Below, one piece after another: positions 28,873-39,188 of a DNA stretch of 64,000 bases. Made by a program: the position numbers and the translations under genes. A model generated the notes under the pieces. It did no database searches and was not told the DNA's origin. It saw nothing but the letters and a program-made list of their open reading frames with translations. Numbering within the stretch: the stretch's first letter is position 1; every line of letters starts with the position of its first letter. The stretch is from an uncultured Alphaproteobacteria bacterium (GTDB lineage Bacteria > Pseudomonadota > Alphaproteobacteria > Rs-D84), in contig CALXXY010000002.1 of the NCBI GenBank assembly GCA_944392815.1, forward strand, positions 32,001-96,000, in the 5' to 3' direction.

Positions 28873-29844
28873 TTACGGCAATTTGAATTCCAAAAATTTA
28901 ATTACCGGTTGCATAAAATCAGGTATCGGGGCACGCACAGTCATATTTTTACCGGTCCCCGGGTGTTGAAATGTTAACCTATACGCCAATAAAAACAAGT
29001 TATTTGTGACCAACAGCGACCGCAGCGCCCCGTCCAACTTTTTATCCACGCCATACAAATCGTCCCCAACAATTGGCGCATGTAAACTTAACGCACTGTG
29101 CACACGCAACTGGTGCGTACGGCCGGTTTTGGGCGAAAACAGCACCCACGACAAATGCCCACCGGCACTGGACAACACCCTGTATTCAGTAATCGCACGT
29201 TGTGGCCGTTGCCCAGTACCATTATCAATCCGTGCAGGACTGTCGAACACCTGGCCACGCGTCATATAATTATCAATCACCCCGTGCGGTGGACGCACAT
29301 CGCCATTTAACAACGCCAAATATTCTTTGTGTGCAGTTTTATTTTGGAATTCGTTTGATAACACCTGGGCAGCATTCTGATTTTTCGCCACAACCAAAAC
29401 GCCACTGGTTTCCCTGTCCAACCGATGAACCAGCGATATTTTGTCATACGGGAACAACGCCGCCGCCATTTTATCCACAGATTTGCGAATACCCGTTCCG
29501 CCCTGCACCGCCAACCCAGCGGGCTTGTTAAAAATCACAATATCTTCATCATCATGAATAATGCAACGCCGCAATTCTTCTAAATCAGTCAAAGAAAAAC
29601 GTGCACCACTTTCTGTTTTTTTATTGGGCACCACGGCATAACTGGCCAAAGTTGGCGGCACACGCACCACGTCACCAGCGCGCAAAATTTCCTGGCCCCG
29701 GGCACGGGACGAATTCACACGAATTTGCCCACCACGACACAACTTGTAAAACTCACGTTGGGGCATGGCGGGAAATTTGCGCAAAAACCAGCGCAGCAGT
29801 CGCGTTCCATCATCAGTTTTGGAAATTTCGACCAATTCCGCCAT
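28873..29844 (-). CDS. rluC: RluA-family (RluC-type) pseudouridine synthase
   Basis: S4 domain (R.GQIRVN), NKPAGLAVQGG, VHRLDRETSG, TGRTHQLRVH, PIVGD..YG. Confidence 0.88.
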   Translation of the reverse strand: MAELVEISKTDDGTRLLRWFLRKFPAMPQREFYKLCRGGQIRVNSSRARGQEILRAGDVVRVPPTLASYAVVPNKKTESGARFSLTDLEELRRCIIHDDEDIVIFNKPAGLAVQGGTGIRKSVDKMAAALFPYDKISLVHRLDRETSGVLVVAKNQNAAQVLSNEFQNKTAHKEYLALLNGDVRPPHGVIDNYMTRGQVFDSPARIDNGTGQRPQRAITEYRVLSSAGGHLSWVLFSPKTGRTHQLRVHSALSLHAPIVGDDLYGVDKKLDGALRSLLVTNNLFLLAYRLTFQHPGTGKNMTVRAPIPDFMQPVIKFLEFKLP

Positions 29845-29861
29845 ATGCACCACCCACGGAT

Positions 29862-30326
29862 TTATTCCCCGTATATTATCTGGACAACGTTTTCACCATT
29901 GGGATTCGTACATGTCCCTGTCGCCCCACTTTCCGTACGCCCAGACATAGTATACCCCACAGAATCGGTCCACGCTTTGGCCACCAAAGATTCACAATCG
30001 GATTGGGTCAATCCATTAATAGAAACTATGAATTGCCGCGTATTGGACGGATTCACCGAAATTTCATATGTTCCACCATATGGGTTTTTATTCGACATTC
30101 CAATCGCCCCGAACACAGTCGCACTGTTTATGCTGGAATAATCGTCATAGTTATTGAAAATCTGGCGCACCTGGGTCACCATTTGCAACACTTCGTCATT
30201 AACCTGGTTGCGTTTTTGCGTTTTCATGGCGCTGGATATTGCGGCCACCGCCGCGACAGTTATCACCCCCATAATGGCCAACACGCCCATCATTTCAATC
30301 ATAGAACGACCTGATTCATATTTCAT
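29862..30326 (-). CDS. Type IV pilin (PilS/type IVb-like globular domain, atypical G|RSMIE cleavage motif)
   Basis: MKYESG|RSMIEMMGVLAIMGVIT with E at +5 and a hydrophobic helix; NPYGG...F.V...GL...DC..L. Confidence 0.8.
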   Translation of the reverse strand: MKYESGRSMIEMMGVLAIMGVITVAAVAAISSAMKTQKRNQVNDEVLQMVTQVRQIFNNYDDYSSINSATVFGAIGMSNKNPYGGTYEISVNPSNTRQFIVSINGLTQSDCESLVAKAWTDSVGYTMSGRTESGATGTCTNPNGENVVQIIYGE

Positions 30327-30376
30327 ATTTCAACCTCTATTTGATATTTATTTTTTTATATTCTATCATAAAAGCC

Positions 30377-31801
30377 ATGAATATTCAATTTTCTGATTTA
30401 ATTGAAAACAGTCCCAATGCCCCAGGCGTCTATAAAATGTACGACGCAGACGGCAACCTGCTCTACGTGGGCAAGGCCAAAAATCTGTCCAACCGATTGA
30501 AACAATATCTGGACATATCCAAACTGGAATTGCACAAACAGGTCATGCGCACATTGGTCGCCCGTGTTGATTGGGAAATAACCCCAACGGAATCAGACGC
30601 ATTAATTTTGGAACAAAAATTAATCAAAACGTTAAAGCCAAAATATAACATCATGCTGACCGACGGGAAAATGTACCCAATGATTGCATTGACCCAATCG
30701 GAATTTCCGCGCCTGTTAAAATTCCGCGGCAAAATATCCCAGCGTCGCGATGTATACGGCCCATACCCATCAGTGACGGCATTAAACGAAACAATTAAAA
30801 CTATACAAAAAGTATGCCGCCTGCGCACATGCACAGACACATTTATGCGCAACCGGGCGCGTCCGTGCCTGCTGTATCAAATCGGCCGGTGCAGCGCGCC
30901 ATGTGTATTACCCCAAACCGACTATGCAGAAAACGTTGCGTTGGCACGTAAAATTTTAACCGGCAACAGCGAACCAATCATTGCAGATTTAACAAAACAA
31001 ATGCAAAAATTTTCTGCAAATATGGATTATGAATCCGCCGCCGCGGTGCGTGATAAAATCGCCGCATTAACACAAACGTCAACACGCGGTATACGCCGGA
31101 ATCGTGCACACAGCGCGAATTTTGATTGGACTGATTCAGTAAACGATTTGGAAAAATGGTTGGGCATAAAAATTGAATGCGCGGGCGTATTTGATAACTC
31201 GCACCTGTTTGGTCGTAATCCAGTCGGCGCAATGATAACATTTGGTCACGACGGTTTTATAAAATCTGGATACAGACATTTTAAATTGCGCAACACTGCG
31301 GCGGCCGGCAATGACATTGCCATGATGGCCGAATTTGTCCAGCGTGCCACAACACGTGGCCCAAAATTGGATTTAATTGTGGTCGACGGCGGCCCCGCAC
31401 AATGGAATATCGCACACAAAACAGCGCCCGACATTCCAATACTTGGCGTCACCAAGGGCGAGGTTCGCGATGGCGACGAACATTTCATTATGCCCGACGG
31501 CACAGTTTGCCGCGACATACCAAAAGATTCACGCCTGTTTTTATTACTGCGTGCCGTCCGGGACGAAGCCCACCGTTTCGTCATCACGTTTCACCGCACA
31601 GTGCGCGCCAAACAAATGACATCGTCCGTTTTGGACGAAATTGATGGCGTTGGCCCAACACGAAAACACGCACTGCTGAATCATTTCGGATCTGTGCGTG
31701 CCATCACAGACGCCAGTTTGGACGCCCTGTTGCGCGTACCGGGACTGGGCAAATCTGCCGCAGAAAAAATCTATGCCCATTTTCATTCCGAAGTGATATA
31801 A
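30377..31801 (+). CDS. uvrC: Excinuclease ABC subunit C (compact)
   Basis: PGVYKM...LYVGKAKNL..R, CL.YQIGRCSAPC, FDNSH, DGG, RDEAHRF, C-terminal HhH. Confidence 0.95.
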   Translation: MNIQFSDLIENSPNAPGVYKMYDADGNLLYVGKAKNLSNRLKQYLDISKLELHKQVMRTLVARVDWEITPTESDALILEQKLIKTLKPKYNIMLTDGKMYPMIALTQSEFPRLLKFRGKISQRRDVYGPYPSVTALNETIKTIQKVCRLRTCTDTFMRNRARPCLLYQIGRCSAPCVLPQTDYAENVALARKILTGNSEPIIADLTKQMQKFSANMDYESAAAVRDKIAALTQTSTRGIRRNRAHSANFDWTDSVNDLEKWLGIKIECAGVFDNSHLFGRNPVGAMITFGHDGFIKSGYRHFKLRNTAAAGNDIAMMAEFVQRATTRGPKLDLIVVDGGPAQWNIAHKTAPDIPILGVTKGEVRDGDEHFIMPDGTVCRDIPKDSRLFLLLRAVRDEAHRFVITFHRTVRAKQMTSSVLDEIDGVGPTRKHALLNHFGSVRAITDASLDALLRVPGLGKSAAEKIYAHFHSEVI

Positions 31802-31827
31802 TATATACTGCTACAAAGGAGTATATA

Positions 31828-32427
31828 ATGAAATTTTTCGTAAACTTTTTATCAGCGTTTCGCATTGCTGCCGCATTTGCGATTATCCCGACACTGATGT
31901 TCGGCCTGTATTGGACAACGTTTATATTATTCGTACTGGCATCAATATCAGATTGGTTCGATGGATTTTTGGCACGTAAATATAACGTATGCACAAAATT
32001 GGGCGGCGTTATGGATCACATAGGCGACAAATTATTGGTGGTAAACGCATTAATCATGTTGGCCATCATGACACCAGTATGGTTCATTTTCGTTCCAATC
32101 ATAATAATGGTTGCCCGTGAACTGTACATCAGTGGCCTGCGCGAATTTCTGGGCACACAAAAAATCGAAATGGCCGTACCAAAGCCCCGCTTTTCCATGG
32201 GAAAAATTAAAACAACTTTGCAAATGGTCGCCATCTCGGCATTATTGTTGTTATTTGCATTATCCACAATCATGACAACAACCGACAGCCGTTTTGTCAT
32301 GTGGTTAATCACAATATTGCCATACATCGGCATGTGGGGTCTGTGGTTGGCATTGGTTGCGTCCCTGTGGTCGGCAACCCAATACACATTTACATTCGCC
32401 CAAAAATTAAAACAGATAAAAAAATAA
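31828..32427 (+). CDS. pgsA: CDP-diacylglycerol--glycerol-3-phosphate 3-phosphatidyltransferase
   Basis: DWFDGFLARK....T.LG..MD..GDK, RE...SGLRE, GK.KT..Q; follows uvrC. Confidence 0.92.
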   Translation: MKFFVNFLSAFRIAAAFAIIPTLMFGLYWTTFILFVLASISDWFDGFLARKYNVCTKLGGVMDHIGDKLLVVNALIMLAIMTPVWFIFVPIIIMVARELYISGLREFLGTQKIEMAVPKPRFSMGKIKTTLQMVAISALLLLFALSTIMTTTDSRFVMWLITILPYIGMWGLWLALVASLWSATQYTFTFAQKLKQIKK

Positions 32428-32433
32428 CAAATC

Positions 32434-32460
32434 AAAATCCCGCCACCGGCGGGATTTTTT
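32434..32460 (+). terminator. Terminator after pgsA (AAAATCCCGC family)
   Basis: AAAATCCCGCC-ACC-GGCGGGATTTTTT. Confidence 0.8.
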
Positions 32461-32520
32461 TGCACAAAAAAACGCGCTATGTGCATGAAATACTGCACAC
32501 AGCGCGTTTTGTGTTGTATA

Positions 32521-33651
32521 TTAAAACCAGCCCTTCTTTGCGCTTTTTGTGGCGGCAAATTCGGTCAAAATTTTCTTTTGCTTTTCGGTTAATTTGGTTG
32601 GCACGGGCATATTAATTTCTATATACAAATCCCCAAACGTGCCCGCACGACGCCCGGGCATTCCATGCCCACGCACGCGCAATTTTTCACCAATTTGGGT
32701 ACCGGCCGGAACCTTGACCGACAATTTTTTATCGTCAATGGTGTCAACCTCTATTTCACCACCCAATGCCAATGTAGTAAACGGAATATCAACACGGGTT
32801 ATTAAATCCGCCCCATCACGCACAAATCGATTATCTGGACGAATATGAATATCCAGATAAAAATCCCCAGCCGGCGCGCCGTTTTGTCCGGCCTCGCCCT
32901 GGCCCGCCAAACGCAGCCGGGCACCATCTTCGACCCCGGCCGGGATTTTCACGTCCAACGTGCGCGTTTTACGTAATACCCCCGCCCCATCACATTGGGT
33001 GCATTTTTTATCAATCTTGTGCCCTGTGCCATTACATTCAGGACACGGCGTTTCCATCGCAAAAAATCCGCGCGACGCACGCACATATCCCGTACCATGA
33101 CACCGCGAACACGTGGGGGCCTGTTTGCCATCGGCCGTGCCATATCCATGACATTTGTCGCATTCAACATTTGTTGTAAATTTCACAGTATGTGTGGTGC
33201 CAAAAAATGCGTCACGTAAATCTATGACAACTTCGTCCAATAAATCGCGCCCGCGACGCGACGCGTCACCACGCGCACCGCCGCCCCCCATATCAAAACC
33301 GAAACCACGCATGGCCTCGCGCAGGATATCGTCCATACCGGCGCCACCGCCCATATTAAAATGGAACGCCCCATTGCCAAACGGATTGCCGCCCGCCCCA
33401 AACGGATTCGCGCCCGACGCATTGCCCCCCGCGAACGCCGCGTCACCAAATCTGTCATACGCAGCACGTTTCTGTGGATCTTTCAGAATATCAAATGCGT
33501 TGTTAATTTCCTTGAACTTTTCTTCGGCCGCTTTGTCGCCAGGATTTCTGTCTGGGTGATATTTCATAACCAATTTATGGTATGCCTTTTTAATTTCATC
33601 ATCAGACGCATTGCGTGCAACGCCCAAAACTTCGTACGGATTTTTATTCAT
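32521..33651 (-). CDS. dnaJ: Chaperone DnaJ
   Basis: J domain with HPD, G/F region, four CxxCxGxG repeats. Confidence 0.98.
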   Translation of the reverse strand: MNKNPYEVLGVARNASDDEIKKAYHKLVMKYHPDRNPGDKAAEEKFKEINNAFDILKDPQKRAAYDRFGDAAFAGGNASGANPFGAGGNPFGNGAFHFNMGGGAGMDDILREAMRGFGFDMGGGGARGDASRRGRDLLDEVVIDLRDAFFGTTHTVKFTTNVECDKCHGYGTADGKQAPTCSRCHGTGYVRASRGFFAMETPCPECNGTGHKIDKKCTQCDGAGVLRKTRTLDVKIPAGVEDGARLRLAGQGEAGQNGAPAGDFYLDIHIRPDNRFVRDGADLITRVDIPFTTLALGGEIEVDTIDDKKLSVKVPAGTQIGEKLRVRGHGMPGRRAGTFGDLYIEINMPVPTKLTEKQKKILTEFAATKSAKKGWF

Positions 33652-33798
33652 TTTTCATCTGTCCCAATTTTATCTGTCCCCAAAAATATAAGTATATTTA
33701 TATAAAAATGCAAGTCCCCACACCCAGCATATTTTCTGGCCCGGCATAAAATTCTTTCACTTGCAAGAATTCTGAAAATGTACTAATAATATTGTGCT

Positions 33799-35778
33799 AT
33801 GACAGAACAAAACACACATACATACGACGCGTCAGATATCCAGGTACTCGAGGGCCTGGAACCGGTCCGCCTGCGCCCCGGCATGTATATCGGCGGCACA
33901 GATGAAAAGGCCTGGCACCATTTACCAATCGAAATTCTGGACAACTCGATTGACGAGGCCGTCGCCGGCTTTGCCAAAAAAATCACAGTAAATTTAATTG
34001 ACGCAAAAACAATTGAAATCACAGACGACGGTCGTGGTATTCCGGTTGACGAACATCCAAAATTTCCCGGTAAATCCGCGCTAGAGGTAATTTTAACCAC
34101 CCTGCATTCGGGCGGAAAATTCAATAATAATGTGTATAAAACCAGTGGTGGTCTGCATGGCGTCGGCAGTTCTGTTGTAAACGCGCTGTCATCTGAAATG
34201 ATTGTCACAATTTCGCGCGACGGATATGAATGGCGTCAAACATTTTCACGTGGCAAACCCACCAGCAAAATGACCCAGGGTAATCCGACAAAAAACCACG
34301 GCACTAAAATCAGATTTACAATTGACGACGAAATATTCGGCGCAAACGCGGTATTTAAACCGATAAAAATTTATCGCATGGCGCGCGCAAAATCATTCTT
34401 GTCGCGCGGGGTGCGTGTCGATTGGATTTGCAATCCCGATTTATTGACCGAGGATATGAATATCCCCACCCAAACAGAATTTTATTATCCAAACGGCGTC
34501 GCAGATTTTCTGGACGAAAAAACACGGGACAAACCGCGCATTTTGCCAAAAATTTTCAGTGGAACTGTGGATTTTCCCGACGATTCAGGCCGCGTTGAAT
34601 GGGCATTAACATTTTTGACGGACGAAAACGGTGCGGCGTCCGACGACGGATTTTTTGCATCATACTGCAACACCATCGCAACAATTGACGGCGGCACCCA
34701 CGAAACGGGATTTAAATCTGCCATCACCCGCGGGATAAAGGCCTATGGGGACAAGGTTAACAACAAATCCGCCACGTCCATAATCAGCGACGACGTTTTT
34801 GATTCTGTTGCGGCCATAGTATCGGTATTTTACAAAACGCCGCAATTCCTGGGCCAGACCAAGGAAAAATTATCCAACCCAGAAATTGCCCGCTTTACAG
34901 AAAACGCACTGCGTGACCCATGGGAAATATTCCTGGCGTCTGACCCAAAAACCGCAAATGCAATATTGGATTTTGTGGTAAACCTGGCAAACGCCCGCAT
35001 CAAAACCAAACAGGTCAAAGAAATCGCCCGAAAAACCCCAACTAAACGCATTCGTATGCCGGCAAAATTGGCGGACTGTTCCAAACATGGCGTTGACGGC
35101 ACAGAATTATTTATAGTCGAGGGCGAATCCGCCGGCGGCACCGCAAAACAGGCACGCGACCGCGCGACCCAGGCAATCATGCCCCTGCGCGGCAAGGTGT
35201 TAAATGTTATTTCCAATTCCGACGAACGTTTCAGCGCGAACAAGGAATTAAATGAATTAATCGACATAATTGGTGCCGGCACCGCGCGCGATTGGGACGA
35301 ATCTAAATTACGCTATGAAAAAATCATCGTTATGACCGATGCCGACGTCGACGGCAGTCATATCGCATCGCTGCTGATGGCATTTTTCTATCAGGTTATG
35401 CCCCAGTTAATTTATGGTGGTCACCTGTATTTATCGTGCCCCCCGCTGTATAAATTAACATGCGGCACCGAATCGATATACGTCGACACAGACGAAGAAT
35501 TGGAAAATTTAAAAAACACTAAATATAAAAATAAAAAAATCGAAATTTCCCGATTCAAAGGATTGGGTGAAATGATGCCCAATCAGTTAAAGGAAACAAC
35601 CATGTCCCCCAAAACGCGGCGTCTGATACGCGTTGATTTGCCGCCACGCACAGATGACGGTGCCGAAGATACGGAAAAAACCCGCACCATCGTGTCTGAA
35701 TTAATGGGCAAAAAACCGGAATTTCGATTTAAATTTATCACGGAACACGCCCAGTTTGTCAAAGATTTGTTTGTATAA
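33799..35778 (+). CDS. parE: DNA topoisomerase IV subunit B
   Basis: LEGLEPVR.RPGMYIGGTD, HHL..E.LDNS.DEAVAG, VEGESAGG, DADVDG; 659 aa with no GyrB insert. Confidence 0.88.
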   Translation: MTEQNTHTYDASDIQVLEGLEPVRLRPGMYIGGTDEKAWHHLPIEILDNSIDEAVAGFAKKITVNLIDAKTIEITDDGRGIPVDEHPKFPGKSALEVILTTLHSGGKFNNNVYKTSGGLHGVGSSVVNALSSEMIVTISRDGYEWRQTFSRGKPTSKMTQGNPTKNHGTKIRFTIDDEIFGANAVFKPIKIYRMARAKSFLSRGVRVDWICNPDLLTEDMNIPTQTEFYYPNGVADFLDEKTRDKPRILPKIFSGTVDFPDDSGRVEWALTFLTDENGAASDDGFFASYCNTIATIDGGTHETGFKSAITRGIKAYGDKVNNKSATSIISDDVFDSVAAIVSVFYKTPQFLGQTKEKLSNPEIARFTENALRDPWEIFLASDPKTANAILDFVVNLANARIKTKQVKEIARKTPTKRIRMPAKLADCSKHGVDGTELFIVEGESAGGTAKQARDRATQAIMPLRGKVLNVISNSDERFSANKELNELIDIIGAGTARDWDESKLRYEKIIVMTDADVDGSHIASLLMAFFYQVMPQLIYGGHLYLSCPPLYKLTCGTESIYVDTDEELENLKNTKYKNKKIEISRFKGLGEMMPNQLKETTMSPKTRRLIRVDLPPRTDDGAEDTEKTRTIVSELMGKKPEFRFKFITEHAQFVKDLFV

Positions 35779-35871
35779 CCCCCGAAATGCCCACATGGGC
35801 ATTTCATTTTGTCTGCTTCCCTTGACAATTTACAATTCTGTACTATAACTACAAAAAACAAAGGAACACAT

Positions 35872-36372
35872 ATGTTATTCAAAAAAAATCAGACCGCTGC
35901 GGCGAAAACACAATCAACCCCGACACGCCCCAGCAAAAAATTAAAAAACACATATATAATCAAACAAACTGCATTTATGAACCCACTGTTGTTTGAACAT
36001 TGCGAAACAACCCCACTGGGCGTAATTGAAAAAAACGGTGAAAAAATGCTGCGCGATAATGGTTGGGGCAAATGCGAACAATTTGTAAACCCCGGCCCCG
36101 CCACAATGTATGCCCGCTATCATTACTACATGGACATAATGACAGACACCGAAAAACGCCTGGCATCGACCATAGTTGAATATCTGGACAAAGAAACCCG
36201 CACCCCGGTCGCATATATGTATCCAAACGGCGACCTGGTCACAAACAAATACGACAATTTGCCGGATTTAATGGCGCGTCTGAATCATGCCACACGCCGC
36301 GACATGACCCAACAAAGCAAAAAACGTACTGAAATGTGGGCGGCAATTATATCGCGCCAAAACCAGAAATAA
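35872..36372 (+). CDS. Hypothetical protein
   Basis: ORF with AAGGA RBS, upstream TTGACA (35822) and downstream terminator (36374-36400); no recognisable motif. Confidence 0.7.
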   Translation: MLFKKNQTAAAKTQSTPTRPSKKLKNTYIIKQTAFMNPLLFEHCETTPLGVIEKNGEKMLRDNGWGKCEQFVNPGPATMYARYHYYMDIMTDTEKRLASTIVEYLDKETRTPVAYMYPNGDLVTNKYDNLPDLMARLNHATRRDMTQQSKKRTEMWAAIISRQNQK

Positions 36373-36418
36373 CAAACACCGGGCTTTCGCCCGGTGTTTT
36401 TGTTTTCCCCATCTAGTT

Positions 36419-37786
36419 TTATTGGATACCGACGCGGAACTCGTCGCCCCAGCCGGCAACCACCTGGCCACCAACGGTGCATTGTAAATCTTCGAACCCG
36501 TCTTCGACCTGGTTCTTTTTCACCACATTACTTGTTATCAATCCACCTGCTGTCCCCAGCACCACCCCGGCAATGGAATCAGACAACAAACGTGATGTAT
36601 TAAACTTGCCCTCGTCATTGCGCCACACGGTCAACCGTAATCCAGAACGGATATTTTCCAACGTTGCCGCGGCACTTTCTATACGACTGCGGGACGCAGA
36701 TTGACTGGCCGCCAATGTTTGCTGATCAATCAACACATTCACCTGGTTAAACATGTTGTTAAACACCACCCGTACAGGATCGCCCGCACAATACGTAAAT
36801 ATCTGATTTATTTGCGCGACAACCTCTGCATTATTGGCATATTGCACAAACAACTGTTGCAAAACCTCTATCTGGTGTTCATCGCATTCGTAATCCTCTT
36901 CTGGCGGCTGCACAACATTTTGTACCTCGCACTGTAATGTGGACGGGTTAAATTTCTTGGATTTATCCACACATTCACACATACGTGTGCCACTGTTCCA
37001 CACAGCAACCGACGCAGGCACATAACAACACGTAATACACTGGCTGTATGTATTACCAGTCAACCCGCCACAGCGTCGCTGCACACACGACTGTGTTGCA
37101 CCCGGCGTCACTGATTCACCACCATTATTTTTACCTGTATCATCCCCCGTATCACCTTCTTCTGGGGCAGCATTTTCCACACACTCCTGACTTGCAGAAT
37201 CGTATGTATATCCATCATCTACACAAGAAATCATCAAACACGCATCGCCACTATACGCATTCACACCATCGTAAACAGGTTTATCCGTCGTTGCATGGAT
37301 TTCAACTTTAGTATTTTTTGCACTTTTATTTTGTATATCACTGTCTGTACATGGCAACAAATCTATCTGTTCCCAGCTGTCCACAAACAATTGTGTTCTG
37401 CATCTGAAAACATCAGATCCATTTGATACAATTATACCATTCGAACATTCATAATTTTCGCCCATTTGATAAGTATCACATTCCAAACATGTACCATCTT
37501 CGAAATATAAATATTCATTAGCAGAATAATTTTTTGCAATTTTTCCACCTAAATTTTGTCCTATGATATAACCGCCAACACCCCCCATGATATATCCAGG
37601 CACCCCGAGCGCCAATCCTAAATGCGTTCCCGCTAATCCACCACCCAATGCCGCAAACGTAGTCAATGACGTACGAGCACCACAACGCGTCGTCGCATAA
37701 CATGACTGCGGAAATGGTTGCGCCGCAAAAACCATTTCAGGCAAAACAATCATTGACAATAAACACGCAAATAAAAACTTTTTCAT
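36419..37786 (-). CDS. Secreted Cys-rich protein with glycine-zipper segments
   Basis: MKKFLF signal peptide, GGAGG RBS; N-terminal GxxxG helices, many Cys, C-terminal IAGVVLGTAGGLITS. Confidence 0.75.
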   Translation of the reverse strand: MKKFLFACLLSMIVLPEMVFAAQPFPQSCYATTRCGARTSLTTFAALGGGLAGTHLGLALGVPGYIMGGVGGYIIGQNLGGKIAKNYSANEYLYFEDGTCLECDTYQMGENYECSNGIIVSNGSDVFRCRTQLFVDSWEQIDLLPCTDSDIQNKSAKNTKVEIHATTDKPVYDGVNAYSGDACLMISCVDDGYTYDSASQECVENAAPEEGDTGDDTGKNNGGESVTPGATQSCVQRRCGGLTGNTYSQCITCCYVPASVAVWNSGTRMCECVDKSKKFNPSTLQCEVQNVVQPPEEDYECDEHQIEVLQQLFVQYANNAEVVAQINQIFTYCAGDPVRVVFNNMFNQVNVLIDQQTLAASQSASRSRIESAAATLENIRSGLRLTVWRNDEGKFNTSRLLSDSIAGVVLGTAGGLITSNVVKKNQVEDGFEDLQCTVGGQVVAGWGDEFRVGIQ

Positions 37787-37901
37787 AATATTTCCCTCCT
37801 GCATATGGGAAATGTCCCACATAATCATTATGATAATTTTACCACAAAATTCGCGTATTTCCAACAGCGAAATTCCACCGCCACAAAATTATCATGCTTA
37901 A

Positions 37902-39188
37902 TTATTTGCAATCGGCAACCAATTGATTAATTTGCGCAGCCAAAACCAAATCTGTTTTTTGTAATTTTTCAATTTGCGAAATCGCATACACAACTGTGGC
38001 ATGGTCACGATCGCCACACACACACCCTATTTCAGTCAACGACATATTTGTCGCATTTTTCAAAACCACCATCATAATCTGACGCGCCAACACCAGCGCA
38101 CGGCTGCGACCACGGCCACACACAGCATCATACGACACGCCCAATTTTTCACACATATGACGGACCATCGCAATTGGTGTTTTTGATTTTTGCAATGTAT
38201 CGGCCAACAAACGTGTTGCAACGTCCATTGTCACGGTTTCACCCATTAATTCAGAATATGTTTTTATTTTCATTGCAACGCCGGCCACCAAATGCCCATC
38301 ACCCGCAATACGTGCCGCAATCGCGTCCGCCATTTCACCGGCAACACCCGCACGCATTAACATAACGCGTTTCACATGATTGTTCGGCGCAACAACATCA
38401 GCCACCAACCCAGACGCCAACAAAGATTGCACACGACGATCAAATCCTGTCAAATTACCCGGCGCAGCATTCGCAGTCAGCACAACATTTTTCCCCGCCA
38501 CACGCAAATCCATCACCAATTGTGCAAATTCTTCGCATGTGGCGCGTTTGCCGGACAACTGCTGAACATCGTCCAAAATAAATGTATCGCAATTACGGCA
38601 AAAATCTTTGAATGCGAAAACAGTTCTGTCATGCAAACTGCGCGCGAATTCAGAAACGAATTGCCCACCAGACATTTTAACCACACGCCCGGCTGTGGCA
38701 TTTTCAATGCAATCTGCCAACAAAGTTTTCCCGCAACCCGCCGGCCCATAAATAAACAGCGGGGAAAAAGATACCACGCCCGCCGCTATTTTTTTACACG
38801 CAGATAAAACGAATGAATTTTCATCACAACAAACGAACGAATCGAACGCGTGCACGTCTGTGGTTGACGCAGTTGCACCCGCCGGGCTGTATGATTGCAA
38901 CGCATTGTCGTTTGCAACCGGCGCCGGTGCCACCGCCGCGCCGCGCACAGCAATTTCCAAACCCAAACCGAACTGGGCCGCAACGTCCATCAAAACTTTT
39001 TTATGTACAGAACCGATAAAGTCAGCAGAAAATTGATTTTGCGCAGTCAGCACCAACACATTATCACAAACATCAAATTGCAGCGGTGAAATCCAGGCAG
39101 TAAATGTTGCAGAATCCATTTTCGCGGCGATTGCCCCCCGGATTTGGTCCAAGTTTGTCATTGTTTTCATCGCCGCTGTCTGCATCAT
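37902..39188 (-). CDS. dnaA: DnaA-family replication initiator (atypical AAA+ motifs)
   Basis: F.AWI..L domain I, PLFIYG..G.GKT, ILDDVQ, domain IV ARQI.M...SL.EIG...G.RDHATV; AGGAGG RBS. Confidence 0.88.
   Translation of the reverse strand: MMQTAAMKTMTNLDQIRGAIAAKMDSATFTAWISPLQFDVCDNVLVLTAQNQFSADFIGSVHKKVLMDVAAQFGLGLEIAVRGAAVAPAPVANDNALQSYSPAGATASTTDVHAFDSFVCCDENSFVLSACKKIAAGVVSFSPLFIYGPAGCGKTLLADCIENATAGRVVKMSGGQFVSEFARSLHDRTVFAFKDFCRNCDTFILDDVQQLSGKRATCEEFAQLVMDLRVAGKNVVLTANAAPGNLTGFDRRVQSLLASGLVADVVAPNNHVKRVMLMRAGVAGEMADAIAARIAGDGHLVAGVAMKIKTYSELMGETVTMDVATRLLADTLQKSKTPIAMVRHMCEKLGVSYDAVCGRGRSRALVLARQIMMVVLKNATNMSLTEIGCVCGDRDHATVVYAISQIEKLQKTDLVLAAQINQLVADCK

Noticed and set aside
30377-31801. 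uvrC as a pseudogene because it is short
   Set aside because: Both nuclease domains and the HhH are intact in one frame; only a central linker region is reduced.
33799-35778. gyrB
   Set aside because: Length and the HHL..E.LDNS.DEAVAG pattern fit alphaproteobacterial ParE better.
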